64,000 nt of DNA from an uncultured Acidimicrobiales bacterium (GCA_963734435.1 CAVTHA010000010.1:26546-90545); one strand, 5' to 3'; shown: positions 34,675-48,441, counted from the first letter of the stretch. Numbers and translations are program-made. Notes: generated from the sequence alone by a model not told the origin.

Positions 34675-36075
34675 TGGACGACAACAGCGAGCTCTCACCG
34701 GAAATGACGAGTTGGATTGCTTCGGAGACAGGGGCCGTCCGGGTTTCTGCTGAGCGGAGAAGCGCCGGGGGGTCTCGAGCGGGGTTCGCCGTCGACATCC
34801 AACGTGACGATGGGATCGAAGAGGCGCTTTGGCTCAGGATGGACCTGGGGTATGGGCCCTTGAGCAATACGCCGTTTACGCTGCGACGGGAAGCTGCCGT
34901 CTACCGATCATTGCAGGGCACAGCCGTCCGCGTGCCTCACCTGGTCGCAGTGCACCCGACCGATGAGGCCTTTTTGATGCGCAGGGTCGAGGGCCGGAAC
35001 TGGTTTGCCGAGATCAAGGATCCCGAACGTGCCGTGGCGATCGCATCGGACTTCATGGCGCAGATTGCTGCGCTCCACAAGATCGATCCGAGCACGCTCT
35101 CACCTGCCGGGATTCGAACAGCACAAGCCCGTCTCGGCGTACGTGGAGGATGAGATCGACATCTGGGAGCGTGTCCACCTGGATGGAGCCGCCGAACGAG
35201 AACCCCTTGTGATGATGGCCGCGGCATGGTTGCGTCGGCATCTGCCCGATGACACAGGGACCTCCGTTGTCTTTGTACAAGGCGATACCGGTCCGGGCAA
35301 CTTCATGTATCGAGATGATCGCGTTGCGGTCGTTCTCGACTGGGAGAACGCGCACTTCGGTGATTTTCACGACGATCTGGCTTGGATCTATGTCCGCGAT
35401 CTCCAGGAGCGGTTCACGTATCTGCCGGATCGCTTGGCCGACTACGAACGACAGAGTGGCCGTATCGTTGACGAGAGCAGACTTCGCTATTTCATCGTTC
35501 TGGCGCAAATGCGCTGCGCTATCGGTACTCTCAACGCTCTGGCCGTTCACGACGCCCGGGGCGAGATGGCCAACCATCTCATCTACAGTGCCTTACATCT
35601 GCGGATGTTGGCCGAGGCGCTGGCGGGCGCGAACGGGATCCCCGTTCCCGACTTCTCACCCCTGGCCGACGAGCCTCCGGCGACGGCGTGGACATGGTTG
35701 TACGAGGTGGCCCTCCAAGAACTCCGAGAGACCGTCGTTCCGGGCCTGGCCGACAACGCCTTCGCCAACCGTCGTGCGAAAGGTGTGGCGAGGATGCTGA
35801 AGGTGCTCGGGGAGAATGATCGTCTTGGCCCCGCTCTCGAGAAGGCCGAGCTCGCCGACCTCGAGAACGTGCTGGGTCGTGGCGTGGACAGCACCGGCGA
35901 TGGTCGCGAAATGCTCTGTCACTCCGTGTCGACGGGAGCTCTCGACGAGCGAGAGGGCATTCGATACGGGTTGCGGTACGTCAATCGTCAGACCGAATTG
36001 CTCCGTCGCGCGATGGGCGAGTTGGCCAACCGCCACTATTCACCGGTCGGAATTCACCGCGCCCGGCCCAGGTGA
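34674..36075 (+). CDS. phosphotransferase (APH/ChoK kinase fold; ACAD10/11-N-terminal-like); one frameshift near 35100
   Basis: Catalytic loop VVFVQGDTGPGNFMYRDDRVAVVLDWENAHFGDFHDDLAW (HGD..N / DWE motifs of the aminoglycoside-phosphotransferase family). Confidence 0.8.
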
Positions 36076-37609
36076 ACGACGTGATTGGTCCGGACATGGG
36101 TGCCCTGACGCTCTGGGAGCTCGCCGTTGAACGGGCTGATCGAAGCCCCGGGGCCGTATTCGCCATATCCGAAGACGGAACCGAGACGACGTTTTCGGAG
36201 CTTCGAGATCGAGCCGCACATCTCGCTGAGTGGTTTGGGCAACATGGGGTGAGTCCGGGAGAGAGTGTTGTGTGGCAGTTGCCGACGGGGGTCGAGGCCG
36301 TCACTCTCGCCCTCGCTCTTTCTCGGCTCGGTGCAGTCCAGATACCCGTTCTCCCCTCTCTGGGGAGGAGGGAATTGGGCCACGTGCTCACCCAGACCGG
36401 CGCGTCGATTCTCGCTGTCCCCTCCCGGTGGGGACAGCGAGATCGTCACGAGCAGGACAACCTCGCCCGAGAGTTCACGCATGTCCGGGTGCTGCGGGTG
36501 CCGTCCGAGATCGAGAATGTTCCGGCAGGCGTGTCGCCGACCCCCCGCCCTCGCGCTCACTCATGGGTCTTTTATACGTCGGGGACCACTGCGGCGCCGA
36601 AGGGCGCCCGCCATTCAGACGCCACCCTCACCGCTTGCGCCCGTGGGATGGTGGATCGGTACGATGTGACGCCGTCGGATCGCATCGCGTTCGTGTTCCA
36701 GGTCACGCACATAGGTGGTATCGCGTGGGTCTACGCCACGATGTTGTCAGGCTGCGGGCTAATTCTTGTGGAGAAATTCAACCGAGAGGCCACTTGGTCG
36801 TTGCGACGGCACGGTGTGACGTTGGCCGGCGGCGCGGCCTGCCCTTCCTGCACGAATTCCTGGCGGCGCAGAGGGCCATGCCTGAGGGTGAGCGACTGTT
36901 TCCCCGTGTGAGGGCGTTCACGTTTGGAGGAATGCCCAAGCCGCCCAGTATTCACTACGAGATCAAACGTGCATGCGGCGGCGCAGGTGTCCTCGGTGCG
37001 TATGGCATGACCGAAGCCCCGATCCTCACTGCAGCCGGTCCGGCGCTTTCGGATGACGAGCTCGCCAATTCGGAAGGGCCGCCGATGCCTGGGGTGGAGC
37101 TGAGGTTCGTAGGAGCCGATGGGATTGCGGTTGCCCACGGGGAAGTCGGCGAGCTGCGCGTGAAGGCTCCCCAGGTGATGATGGGTTATGTGGACCCGGC
37201 TCTCGATGCCGACGCCTTTGACGACACAGGGTTCCTGCGGACCGGCGATCTGGGCCGGCTGGATCCCGGCGGCAACATCATCATCACCGGCCGCCTCAAG
37301 GACGTCATCATTCGCAAAGGCGAGAATGTGTCCGCCAAGGAACTAGAAGACCTCTTGTTCACACACGCGGCGATCCGGGACGTCGCCGTCGTAGGGCTTC
37401 CCGACGAGGCCAGAGGCGAGTTGGTGTGCGCCGTCGTTGTGTCAGACGACGCGTCCATCAATGTGACGACGATTGCCGAGTTCCTGGCCGAGCGTGGCCT
37501 GATGCGGCAGAAGCTTCCCGAACGAGTGGAACTCACCGATTCGCTGCCGCGCAATGATGCTGGCAAGGTCGACAAGAGGGCATTGCGGCAACGCTTTGTG
37601 GAGAACTGA
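36072..37609 (+). CDS. acyl-CoA synthetase (AMP-forming, adenylate-forming superfamily); one frameshift near 36840; GTGA overlap with the upstream kinase gene
   Basis: AMP-binding motif WVFYTSGTTAAPKGARHSD; YGMTEAP; RTGDLGRLDPGGNIIITGRLKDVIIRKGENVSAKELE; C-terminal PRNDAGKVDKRAL. Confidence 0.85.
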
Positions 37610-37617
37610 GCGCGGCA

Positions 37618-38246
37618 TCAAGGCTCGTTGAGCGACGCGGTCGGCAGCGGCAGGTGGGCGTCGAGGATGGCCAAATAGGGCTCGACGTCTCCTCGGTGCG
37701 GGAGTCGGCGCAACTCATCAGCGGTGCGACGGCTGTTGACCGCACGTACCGCCTCCCATGGAGTGACATCGAGCGTCCAGCCCGGTTCCCCCTCATGGCT
37801 GCGCCAAATCCGGTCGTCGTGGCAAACCTCGATGGCGCCGAGACCGGCGTCACGCAATGGCTTGGCGAAACGCGGCCAGTGTTCTGGGGAGCATCACTTC
37901 GACCTCGAGCGCGCCGTGGTCAGGCGCCGCCGACGGCGCCGCGGAAGTCGTGTTCGTGCACGGCCAAGTCACCGAAGAGCACGCCGCCGGGCCCGTTGAG
38001 AATGGCCGAGATGGCGCTGTCCAGAGAGAGCCACTCCTCGGTGAGTTCGCCGACGCTCTGGTCCCGCCGGGCCTCGACCAGGCCTTGCAGCCATGCGGAG
38101 ACCGGCCCCGGAGGCGACTCGCCCTGGCCGATGGCCGCCGGCATGGACACCACGTGCGCCAGCAGGTCGAACACGGTCCATAAGGGACAGGCGGGGACGG
38201 TCCGGCCAAGATCGCCGGGGTCGAGGCCCTCGGCGAGAACGGCCAT
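37618..38246 (-). CDS. DinB/MDMPI-like (TIGR03083, mycothiol-dependent maleylpyruvate isomerase N-terminal domain family) protein; frameshift near 37880
   Basis: MAVLAEGLDPGDLGRTVPACPLWTVFDLLAHVVSMPAAIGQG... matches the typical N-terminal helix of this family. Confidence 0.6.
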
Positions 38247-38295
38247 CCCCCCCGCGTCGTGCGGTAGGCAGCGAAGAGCTCGTCCGCGGGATCGC

Positions 38296-38823
38296 TCAAC
38301 TGGCCCTGGCTTTCATCGCCTCGAGGGGCGAGTGGTCGACCGCGGCGTGGGCAGGGCGGCGTCGACCTGCTCGGCCAGTTCGCACGGGTTGTCGAGGGGG
38401 TCGAGCGCGTCGACTCGGGTGGCGAGGTATCGCACCTGGGCACGGAAGAGCTCGCCGCGTCCTCCTCGTCGAGCGGGTCAAGGAGGTGGGCCTCGACGGC
38501 GCGCAGGCCGCGCGTCGAGGGTCACGAGCAGGTCGACGCCCTGCTCGGTGGCGACGATGCGGCGGGCCCGTCGATCGGCGGGGTCGGGCTCGGCGCTCGA
38601 TCAGCCCGGCCGCTTCGAGGTCGTCGAGGAGATACGTCATGACCGTGCGGTCGATGCCGAGGTGCTGGGCCAGGGCCAGCTGGCTGCCGACCGCCGACTG
38701 GGCGGCGGACGCCAGCACCTGGTAGCCCCGGGGACCGCCGGGCAGCTCGGCCACGGCGTCGTGCGCGGCGGTGACGTAGGCCCGGAAGACCACTCCGAGT
38801 CCCCACCCGAGATCGTCCGCCAA
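38296..38823 (-). CDS. MarR-family transcriptional regulator; at least 1 frameshift; 3' end uncertain
   Basis: wHTH VLASAAQSAVGSQLALAQHLGIDRTVMTYLLDDLEAAGLIERRA, then in another frame DPADRRARRIVATEQGVDLLVTLDARGLRAVEAHLLDPL. Confidence 0.7.
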   Translation of the reverse strand: MADDLGWGLGVVFRAYVTAAHDAVAELPGGPRGYQVLASAAQSAVGSQLALAQHLGIDRTVMTYLLDDLEAAGLIERRARPRRSTGPPHRRHRAGRRPARDPRRAACAPSRPTSLTRSTRRTRRALPCPGAIPRHPSRRARPPRQPVRTGRAGRRRPAHAAVDHSPLEAMKARAS

Positions 38824-38879
38824 CGCGGCATCACAGCTGGCGGCCAGCAGACCGGTCGGATCTGCTTCGTTGGCGTACC

Positions 38880-38994
38880 GCGCTCACGCACGCCATCATA
38901 CGGTTCCCGTGCTCCGCAGAAGGTCGTTTGCAAAGATAGTCTTGATAGCATATGATCTTCGTAGAATCTCAGAGGACGATGGACAGGAGCCAAC
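38880..38994. promoter_or_regulatory. AT-rich divergent promoter region between marR (-) and the FAD oxidoreductase (+)
   Basis: Only conspicuously AT-rich stretch in the window (ttgcaaagatagtcttgatagcatatgatcttcgtagaatctcagagg) between two divergently oriented genes. No clean palindrome found. Confidence 0.4.
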
Positions 38995-40118
38995 ATGACG
39001 GTCAGCGAGCAGGCCCATCGGCCGACGGTGGTAGTGGTCGGCGGCGGCTACGGCGCGTACGGCGGTAGCCAAGGCATTGGACGACACGATGAACGTGGTG
39101 CTGGTCGAGCCGAAGGACGCGTTCATGCACAACGTCGCGGCGCTCCGGGCGCTGGTCGACCCCTCCTGGTTGCCGCGGATCTTCCTGCCCTACGACGGGC
39201 TGCTGGCCCACGGGCGGGTGGTGCGGGATCGGGCCGTGACCGTCGAGCCGGGCCGTGTCGTCACCGCGTCGGGCGAGGAGATCCCGGCCGACTACGTCGT
39301 CCTGGCCACCGGCTCGAGCTACCCCTTCCCGGCCAAGACCGACCTGGTCGACACCGAGCACGCCTTCGAGCAGGTCCGCGCCACCCACCGCGCCCTGTCG
39401 CAGGCGGATCGGGTGCTGCTGCTGGGCGCCGGACCGGTCGGCATCGAGTTGGCCGGCGAGATACGAGCCGTCTGGCCCGACAAGTCGATCGTCCTGGTCG
39501 ACGCGCCGTGACGAGATCCTCGGACGGGCCGTTCATGCCCGAACTGCGGGCCGAACTCGGACGCCAGCTCGAGGAGTTCAAGGTCGAGGTGCTCCTCGGT
39601 AGCCCGCTGCGCCAGGCGCCTCCCACCGAGCCCGGCGAGCTGGGCACCTTCACCGTGACGACCGAAAACGGAGTCGGAGGTGACGGCGGACCTGTGGTTC
39701 CGCTGCTACGGCGTCGTGCCCAACAGCGATTACCTGGGGCAGGCGCTTTCGTCGGCCCGCCGGGCCGACGGGTACGTCGAGGTCGGCCCCACGCTGCAGG
39801 TGGTCGGGCAGACGACGGTGTTCGCGCTGGGTGACCTGTCGACGGCCGACGCCAAGATGGCCGGTTTCGCCGGGCACCAGGCCGCCACCGTCGGCCGCCA
39901 ACATCACCGCGCTCGCCTCGGGGAGCTCCGAGCTCGTCGACTACCAGTCGATGGGTACGGCGATCGCGGTGCCCATCGGGCCGACGGGCGGCGCCGGCCA
40001 GTTCCCCGGGCAGGACCACATCGTGGGCCCCGAGGTGATCGCCGAGGTCAAGGGTCGGGACATGATGGTCGATCGGTTCACCGCGCTGTTCGGTCTGGCC
40101 GTCGCCGCGGGGGAATGA
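38995..40118 (+). CDS. FAD-dependent pyridine-nucleotide-disulfide oxidoreductase (AIF/NDH-2-like); about 3-4 frameshifts
   Basis: PTVVVVGGGYGA dinucleotide motif; VVLATGSSYPFPAKTD; second Rossmann RVLLLGAGPVGIELAGEI; C-terminal VFALGDLS...GQFPG. Confidence 0.75.
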
Positions 40119-40307
40119 CCGCCTCGTCCCGTTGCCTGCCTGACCAGTCTCGCCTCATCGGTCTCGGTCGAGGGCCGCGTCGCCATGGCCGGCGCCCTGC
40201 GGGAGGTGTGCAGACGTATCCCATGTGCCGAGGACACAGCCGCAGAACGGTGACCTAGCGTCGGGTCCGATGAGGGTGGAGCCAGCGGGCGGAGATCGGC
40301 ACACACT

Positions 40308-42298
<1,991 letters not shown>

Positions 42299-42314
42299 CC
42301 CGAGAGGGGACGCC

Positions 42315-43208
42315 ATGGATCCAGCTGACCTCTTGACGCCCGAGGGGATGCTGCGCCGTCTGCACTGGCAGGTCGTCCGACGGCTCGACGGGCGCCTGCA
42401 GGGCGACTACCGGACGCTGCTCCGGGGCGACGGCACCGACTTCCTCGACCTGCGGGCGTACGAGTGGGGCGACGATGTCCGCCACATCGACTGGAACGTC
42501 ACGGCCCGCATGGACGAGCTGTTCGTCCGGGACTTCATGGAGGACCGCGAGCTCACCGCGTGGCTCCTGCTCGACCGCTCGCGATCGATGGCGTTCGGCC
42601 CGGCCGAACGGACCAAGGAGCACGTGCTGTGCGAGCTCGCGGCCGTCTTCGGCCAGTTGCTCGTGCGCGACGGCAATCGGGTCGGGGCCATCGTCTTCGA
42701 CGGGGCGCGCCACTGGGTGCTCCCGCCACGGCAAGGCCGGAACCACGTCCTCGTGCTGATGCGACAATCTGCTTCGCCCGGTCGAGGCGGCGGCGTCGAC
42801 CGACCTCGCCAAGCTCTTCGGCACGGCCGAGCAACTCGTGCGCCGACGCTCGCTCGTCGTCGTGATCTCCGATTTCGTCAGCGAGCCGGGCTGGGAACGA
42901 CCGCTCCTCCGCCTCACCCGGCGACACGAGGTCGTCGCGGTCCGGATGGTGGATCCCCGCGAGCACGAGCTCCCCGCCGCCGGCTTGCTGTACGTGCAGG
43001 ACGCCGAAACCGGGGAGCAGCTGCTCGTCGACTCGAGCGATCCGGAGTTCCGCCGCCGTCTGCACGCGCTGGCCGACGATCAGGACGAGACCATCCGCCG
43101 GTCGGTCGCCCGGGCCCGCATCGATCTCCACGTCGTGTCGACCGAGGACGATCTGCTGCGGCGCGTTCGTGCGGATGGCGGCAACGTCGGCGGCCGGGGC
43201 GCCGATGA
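42315..43208 (+). CDS. DUF58 protein (MoxR partner); 1-2 frameshifts; TGA overlaps the ATG of the next gene
   Basis: LRAYEWGDDVRHIDWNVTARMDELFVRDFMEDRELTAWLLLDRSRSM...VVVISDF. Confidence 0.8.
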   Translation: MDPADLLTPEGMLRRLHWQVVRRLDGRLQGDYRTLLRGDGTDFLDLRAYEWGDDVRHIDWNVTARMDELFVRDFMEDRELTAWLLLDRSRSMAFGPAERTKEHVLCELAAVFGQLLVRDGNRVGAIVFDGARHWVLPPRQGRNHVLVLMRQSASPGRGGGVDRPRQALRHGRATRAPTLARRRDLRFRQRAGLGTTAPPPHPATRGRRGPDGGSPRARAPRRRLAVRAGRRNRGAAARRLERSGVPPPSARAGRRSGRDHPPVGRPGPHRSPRRVDRGRSAAARSCGWRQRRRPGRR

Positions 43209-44198
43209 CCTTCGCCACGCCGGAATGGCTGCTGGGCGCTGCTGGTCGTGCCGGCGGTGGTGGCCGTCTACGTCGCAGCACGCCGCCGGCGGGCCCGACG
43301 GATCGAGGAGCTCGCGGCGCAGGGACTCCTCGTCAGCGGCCCCGGTCGCGACCGGGCTGGCGCCGGAACCTGCCGTTCGCGTTGTTCGCCGCCGCGCTCG
43401 CCCTTCTGGCCTTGGCGGTCGCCCGGCCGATGGCGACGATCAAGACGCCGCGGCTCCAGGCCACCGTCGTCCTGGCGATGGACGTCTCGAACAGCATGGG
43501 AGCCAAGGACGTCAAGCCCAGCCGCATCGGCGCGGCGAAGTTGGCCGCCCGCGACTTCGTCCGCGATCAGCCGTCGTCGGTCAAGATCGGCGTGGTGGCC
43601 TTCGGCCCAGTGCGCTGATCGTCCAGACGCCCACCTTCGATCACCCCGCGGTCCTGCGGGCCATCAACGACCTCTCCCTGGGCGGCGGCACCTCATTGGC
43701 GACGGGCATCCTCACGTCGCTCGACGCAATCGCCGGCAAGACGCTGAAGGTCAACGTCAAGGCGCTCAACGAGGACAACTCGAACGAGGTCAACATCGGC
43801 TACTTCGGGGGAGCGACGATCGTGTTGATCTCCGACGGCGAGAACACGAGTGCAGATCAACCCGGTGACGATGGCCCGGCTGGCGTCGACCGCGGGGGTG
43901 CGCATCCAGACGATCGGCGTCGGCACCGTCGCCGGCACGACGGTGCAGATCGAGGGGTTCAGCGTCGCCACCGCGCTGGATCCGCAGACGCTCGAGAACG
44001 TCGCCAAGGTCACGAACGGGACCTACCACCAGGTCGACGACCGCGCCGCGGTGCGCCGAGGTGTCCCACACCATCGATCTGCACTTCACGGTGGTGAGCG
44101 AGCACATCGAGATCTCCGCCCTCTTCGCCGCCGCGGCCATGCTGCTCCTCGTCGTGGGCGGCGCTGCTCTCGGTGCTGTGGTTCGGGCGGGTGATGTG
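43205..44198 (+). CDS. VWA-domain membrane protein (BatA-like); about 3 frameshifts
   Basis: MTFATPEWLL...TM...VVLAMDVSNSMGAKDVKPSRIGAAKLAARDFV...IVLISDGENT...IQTIGVG; C-terminal TM. Confidence 0.75.
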
Positions 44199-44200
44199 AG

Positions 44201-45341
44201 GTGAGCTTCGCCTGGCCCTTCGCGCTGCTCCTCCTGCTCGCCGTTCCCGTCGTGCTGGGCCTGTACGTCATCGCACTGCGCCGGCGACGCCGCCAGGCGA
44301 TCACGTACTCGAGCCTCGCGCTGTTGCGCGCCGCCGTTCCCCGACGGAGTCGCTGGCTCCGGCACGTGCCCGTGGCCGCGCTGCTCGCCGCCATCGGCGT
44401 GCTGGCGATCGCGTCGGCGCGACCCGAGCTCACCGAGGACGTGCCGACCCAGAAGACGTCGATCATCCTGGCGCTCGACGAGTCGGGCTCGATGTGCTCC
44501 ACCGACCTCAACCCGAACCGACTGGCCGTGGCCCAGCAGGGGGCGCTCCAGTTCGTCAACTCCGAGCCGAGCGGCACCCAGATCGGTCTGGTGCTGTTCA
44601 ACGGGTTCGCCGAGCTCGCCGTCCCGCCGACGACCGATCGCGGCGCCCTCGATCACGCGCTCGACCACCTGACGACCGGCCCCGGCACCGCCATCGGGGC
44701 GGCGATCTTGCAGTCGCTCGACGCCATCGCCCAGGTCGATCCCCAGGTCAAGCCGGTCGCCAACTCGGTGCTGGGCGCCGAGGCCACTCCGTCCGAACTC
44801 GGGGGACGAGCGGTCCGGCGGCACGCGGCACGACGGCACCGAGCGAAGCCGGGATCCAAAGGCTACGTCCCCGACATCATCGTGCTGCTGACCGACGGGG
44901 CCAACAACCGGGGCATCACCCCGCTGCAGGCCGCCCCGTACGCGGTCGCCCGACGGGTCCGCATCTACACGATCGGCTACGGCACGACGCACCCGGGCCC
45001 GCTCGACTGCACTCCCCAGCAGCAGGGTGGCTTCGGCGGCGGTGGGCTTCGGCGGCGGCGGGTTCGGGGGCGGCGGCTTCGGCGGCGGCGGCTTCGGCGG
45101 GGGTCCGGGTTCACCCCTGGTGGCCGACCTGCCGCCGCTGAGAGAGGTCTCGCGGATGACCGGCGGCAAGAGCTACACCGCCCGAACCGCCTCGCAGCTC
45201 TCGGAGGTGTTCGCCAACCTGTCCAAGGAGGTGAAGGTCCAAAAGGAGCACGACGAGGTGACGGCCGAGTTCGCCATCGTCGGGGCGTTGCTGGCGCTGG
45301 CGGCGTTTGCCGCGTCCATCCGTTGGGGTGCTCACCCCTAA
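44201..45341 (+). CDS. VWA-domain membrane protein (BatB-like) with Gly/Phe-rich repeat; about 2 frameshifts
   Basis: N-terminal TM; SIILALDESGSMCSTDLNPNRLAVAQQGALQFV; IIVLLTDGANN; (GGFGG)n; C-terminal TM AIVGALLALAAFAASI. Confidence 0.75.
45040..45115 (+). repeat. GGC/TTC-rich tandem repeat encoding (GGFGG)n inside the VWA gene
   Basis: ggcttcggcggcggtgggcttcggcggcggcgggttcgggggcggcggcttcggcggcggcggcttcggcggg. Confidence 0.7.
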
Positions 45342-45454
45342 CCCCGGCAGATCCTCGTCGGCCGAGGTCCGTCTCAGCCCGCTCCACGCGACGATACCGG
45401 ACTCGGCGAGAAGCAGAACGTATCCGTCGCACTCTCGAGCCGAACGCAACCGTT

Positions 45455-46945
45455 CTTCGGCATGCTCGCCTGCGATCGCTGCTGCGACCCTGACCGGCGC
45501 CGTGGGCCAGTCGGTCTCGGTCGAGGTCCACGTCTCCAACGGCCTGCCCGGGCTTCACCATCGTGGGCCTGCCCGACGCCGCCGTGCGCGAGTCGCGCGA
45601 CCGGGTGCGGGCCGCCCTGCTCTCGAGCGGGCTGCCCTGGCCGCTGCGCCGGGTCACCGTCAACCTGGCCCCGTCGGGCGTTCGAAAGGGGGGAGCCGGG
45701 CTCGACCTGGCCGTCGCCGTGGGCGTGCTGGTGGCCACGGGCCAACTCCCGCCGGCGTGCACCGAGAGCGCTCGCCTTCTGCGGCGAGCTCGGGCTGAAC
45801 GGCTCGTTGCGCCATGTCCCGGGCATGATCGCCCTGGCCGACGCCACGGCGCCCTTGGAGCTGGTCGTGCCCCTGTGCGACGCCCGGGAGGCCTTCTTGG
45901 TCCGCGGCGACGCGGTACACGGCGTGTCGTCGCTGGCCGAGCTGGCCCAGATCCTGCGGGCCCGGAGCGACGTGGCCCACCATCCCGCCCGCGCCACCCG
46001 GCCGCGCCGGCGCCCGATCTGCCCGACCTGGCCGACGTCAGGGGACAGCCCTTCGGGCGCCACGCCCTCGAGGTGGCGGCCGCCGGTCGGCACCACCTGT
46101 TGATGGTGGGCCCGCCGGGATCGGGCAAGACCATGCTGGCCGAGCGCCTGCCGGGCCTGTTGCCCGCCTTGACCCCCGAGGAGTCGCTGACGGTGACCAG
46201 GGTGCACTCCGCGGCCGGGTGCCTCCTCCCCGACGGGGTGCTGGTCAGCCACCCGCCGTTCCGGGCCCCGCACCACAGCGCCTCGCTGGTGGCGCTGGTC
46301 GGCGGGGGCAGCTGGTCGTTGCGCCCCGGCGAGATCAGCCTGGCCACACATGGAGTGCTCTTCCTCGACGAGATGGGGGAGTTCCCGGTGGCCGCCCTCG
46401 AGGCGCTGCGCCAGCCGCTCGAAGAGGGCGTGATCCGGGTGAGCCGGGCCGGCGGCACCGTCGCCTTTCCGGCCCAGTTCCTCCTGGCCGCGGCCATGAA
46501 CCCGTGCCCCTGCGGGGAAGGGGTCTTCGACGGCGCCTGCCGCTGCACGGACGCCGACCGCGCCCGGTACACCCGGCGCCTCTCGGCCCCGCTCCTGGAC
46601 CGATTCGATCTCGTCGTCCCGCTGGCCCGTCCGGACCCCGACCAGCTGTTGGCGGACACCCCCGGCGAGTCCACCGCGGTCTCCGCCGCCCGGGTGGCCG
46701 CGGCCCGTGCGCGGGCCGCCGCCCGGGACGGCTCCGGGCACCGGCGAGCCGCCGCTCCATCCCGAAGGCGGCCGGGCTGCTGGCGGCCAAGCTGCGCGAA
46801 GGCGCCCTCACCGCACGGGGACTGCACAAGGTGGCGCGGGTGGCCCGCACGGTGGCCGACCTGGTCGGAGCCGAGCAGGTCGACGAGGAGCACGTCTGCC
46901 GATGCCCTGTGCCTGCGCACCGCCCGCACGGTCGTGACCCGATGA
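45455..46945 (+). CDS. YifB/ComM-family Mg-chelatase-like AAA+ ATPase; at least 4 frameshifts
   Basis: VEVHVSNGLPG...GLPDAAVRESRDRVRAAL...LLMVGPPGSGKTMLAERLPGLLP...FLDEMGEFPVAALEALRQPLEEGVIRVSRAGGTVAFPAQFLLAAAMNPCPCG...LHKVARVARTVADL. Confidence 0.85.
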
Positions 46946-48047
46946 GCGCGGCGGCTCAGGGTCCCGAGCCCAGGGCCTGCCCGAGGAGGCCTACGCGGCC
47001 GCGCTGGCATCGGTGCCCCAGGTGGGCCCGGCCACGCTGCGCCTGCTGTTGGCGACCGACGCCCCGTCCGTGGCCTGGTCGCGGTCGTCGTTCGCCGGCG
47101 ACGTCGCCCGCATCTGGCAGCGGCACGAGGAGAAGGGGATCGAGGTGTGCTGGCACGGCGGACCGGGCTATCCGGCCCGCCTGGAGAACGACCCCGACGC
47201 GCCCGGCGGTGCTCTTCTGCCAGGGAGATCCGGAGGCGGTGCGCACGGCATCCGACGGTGGCCCTGGTCGGCACCCGGAGCCCGACCCGCTACGGGATCG
47301 GCGTGGCGGCGCAGTTCGGGGCCGACCTGGCCGCGCTCGGTGTCAGCGTCGTCTCCGGCCTGGCCCTCGGGATCGACGGGGCGGCCCACGAAGGGGCCAC
47401 GGCCTCCGGGCGCGCCGCCCATCGCCGTGGTGGCGGGCGGTCTGGACGATCCCTACCCGCGCCGCAACGCCCGGCTCTGGGCCCGGGTGGCCGAACAGGG
47501 CGCGGTGTACTCGGAGTCCCCCGCCGGGGTGCGCACCGAGAAGTGGCGCTTCCCGGTGCGCAACCGCCTCCTGGCCATGCTCAGCGACGTCGTGGTCGTG
47601 GTGGAGAGCAGGCATCGGGGAGGGGCGCTCTACACGGTCGAGGCGGCCGCCGCGCGCGGCATCCCGGTCGGCGCCGTCCCCGGCTCCATCCGCAGCCCGA
47701 CGTCGGAGGGGACGAACCGCCTCCTGGCCGACGGCTGCTTCCCGGTGTGCGGGGTCGACGACATTCTGACCGCGCTCGCCCTGCGGGGCGTGTTGCTGCC
47801 GGCCGGGCCGCGGCCGCGGCCGGTGCCGTCGCCGGCGACGCCGGTGCCCGCTCCGGCGTCCGTCCCGAGCGGCGAGTACGGCGGTCCCGATCGAGCCCTC
47901 TTCGAGGCGCTCTCCTCCGATCCGGTCTCCCTCGACCATCTGGCCCGGGTGACCGGGTTGGACCTCCCGGCGCTGTGCGGCGGGCTCGAGCGTCTGGCCC
48001 GCGACGGGGTGGCCCGCGACATAGGCGGGTGGTGGGAGAGGACGTAG
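46942..48047 (+). CDS. dprA: DNA-processing protein DprA; 2-3 frameshifts
   Basis: VALVGTRSPTRYGIGVAAQFGADLAALGVSVVSGLALGIDGAAHEGA...IAVVAGGLDDPYPRRNARLWARVAEQGAVYSE...AMLSDVVVVVESRHRGGALYTVEAAAARGIPVGAVPGSI; C-terminal winged-helix-like region ending GGWWERT*. Confidence 0.85.
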
Positions 48048-48058
48048 TCGGCGACGCC
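48011..48058 (+). repeat. imperfect ~48-bp direct repeat, copy A (3' end of dprA)
   Basis: ggcccgcgacataggcgggtggtgggagaggacgtagtcggcgacgcc versus copy B at 48404..48452 (about 41/48 identical). Confidence 0.7.
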
Positions 48059-48204
48059 CTCACGCCGTTCGGCAGGAGGCGGAGGTGAACGGACGCATCG
48101 ACCACGCCGGGCGGCGGTGACGACACTCCCGATGCACCCGTGGCACGTCCCTGTCGGAGGCCGGCGCACTGGGTCGCTGACAGTCGGAGTCGTACCATCG
48201 ACTC

Positions 48205-48441
48205 ATGGCAGATGAATCGCAGCAGCAGCAGCTAGCCGACCTCCTGAGAGACGCCCAGGGGGCGCTGATCGAGTTGGAGGGTCGCTTGCCCGGCGAGAAC
48301 GAAGACGTCGCGGGAGCACGGCGCTCGTGGGAGAGGGCGACCCGGGCCGTGAGTGACGCGCTCGGCGCTGGTGGACACCGAGGACTAACGCCTACGACCG
48401 GGCGGCCCGTGACAGACGGGGGGTGGTGGGAGAGGACGTAG
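48205..48441 (+). CDS. small hypothetical protein (78 aa) whose C-terminus ...TDGGWWERT* duplicates the DprA C-terminus
   Basis: ORF lies between the two direct-repeat copies; its last ~15 codons are the repeat itself. Confidence 0.35.
   Translation: MADESQQQQLADLLRDAQGALIELEGRLPGENEDVAGARRSWERATRAVSDALGAGGHRGLTPTTGRPVTDGGWWERT

Noticed and set aside
38930-38960. Palindromic MarR operator at ...gatagcatatgatc...
   Set aside because: Only the central CATATG is self-complementary and the flanks are not reverse-complementary, so no operator was called. Only the AT-rich promoter region is reported.
44977-47274. 765-aa ORF on the minus strand
   Set aside because: It is antisense to the VWA, yifB and dprA genes, is Arg/Pro-rich and matches no family. 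It is a high-GC artefact.
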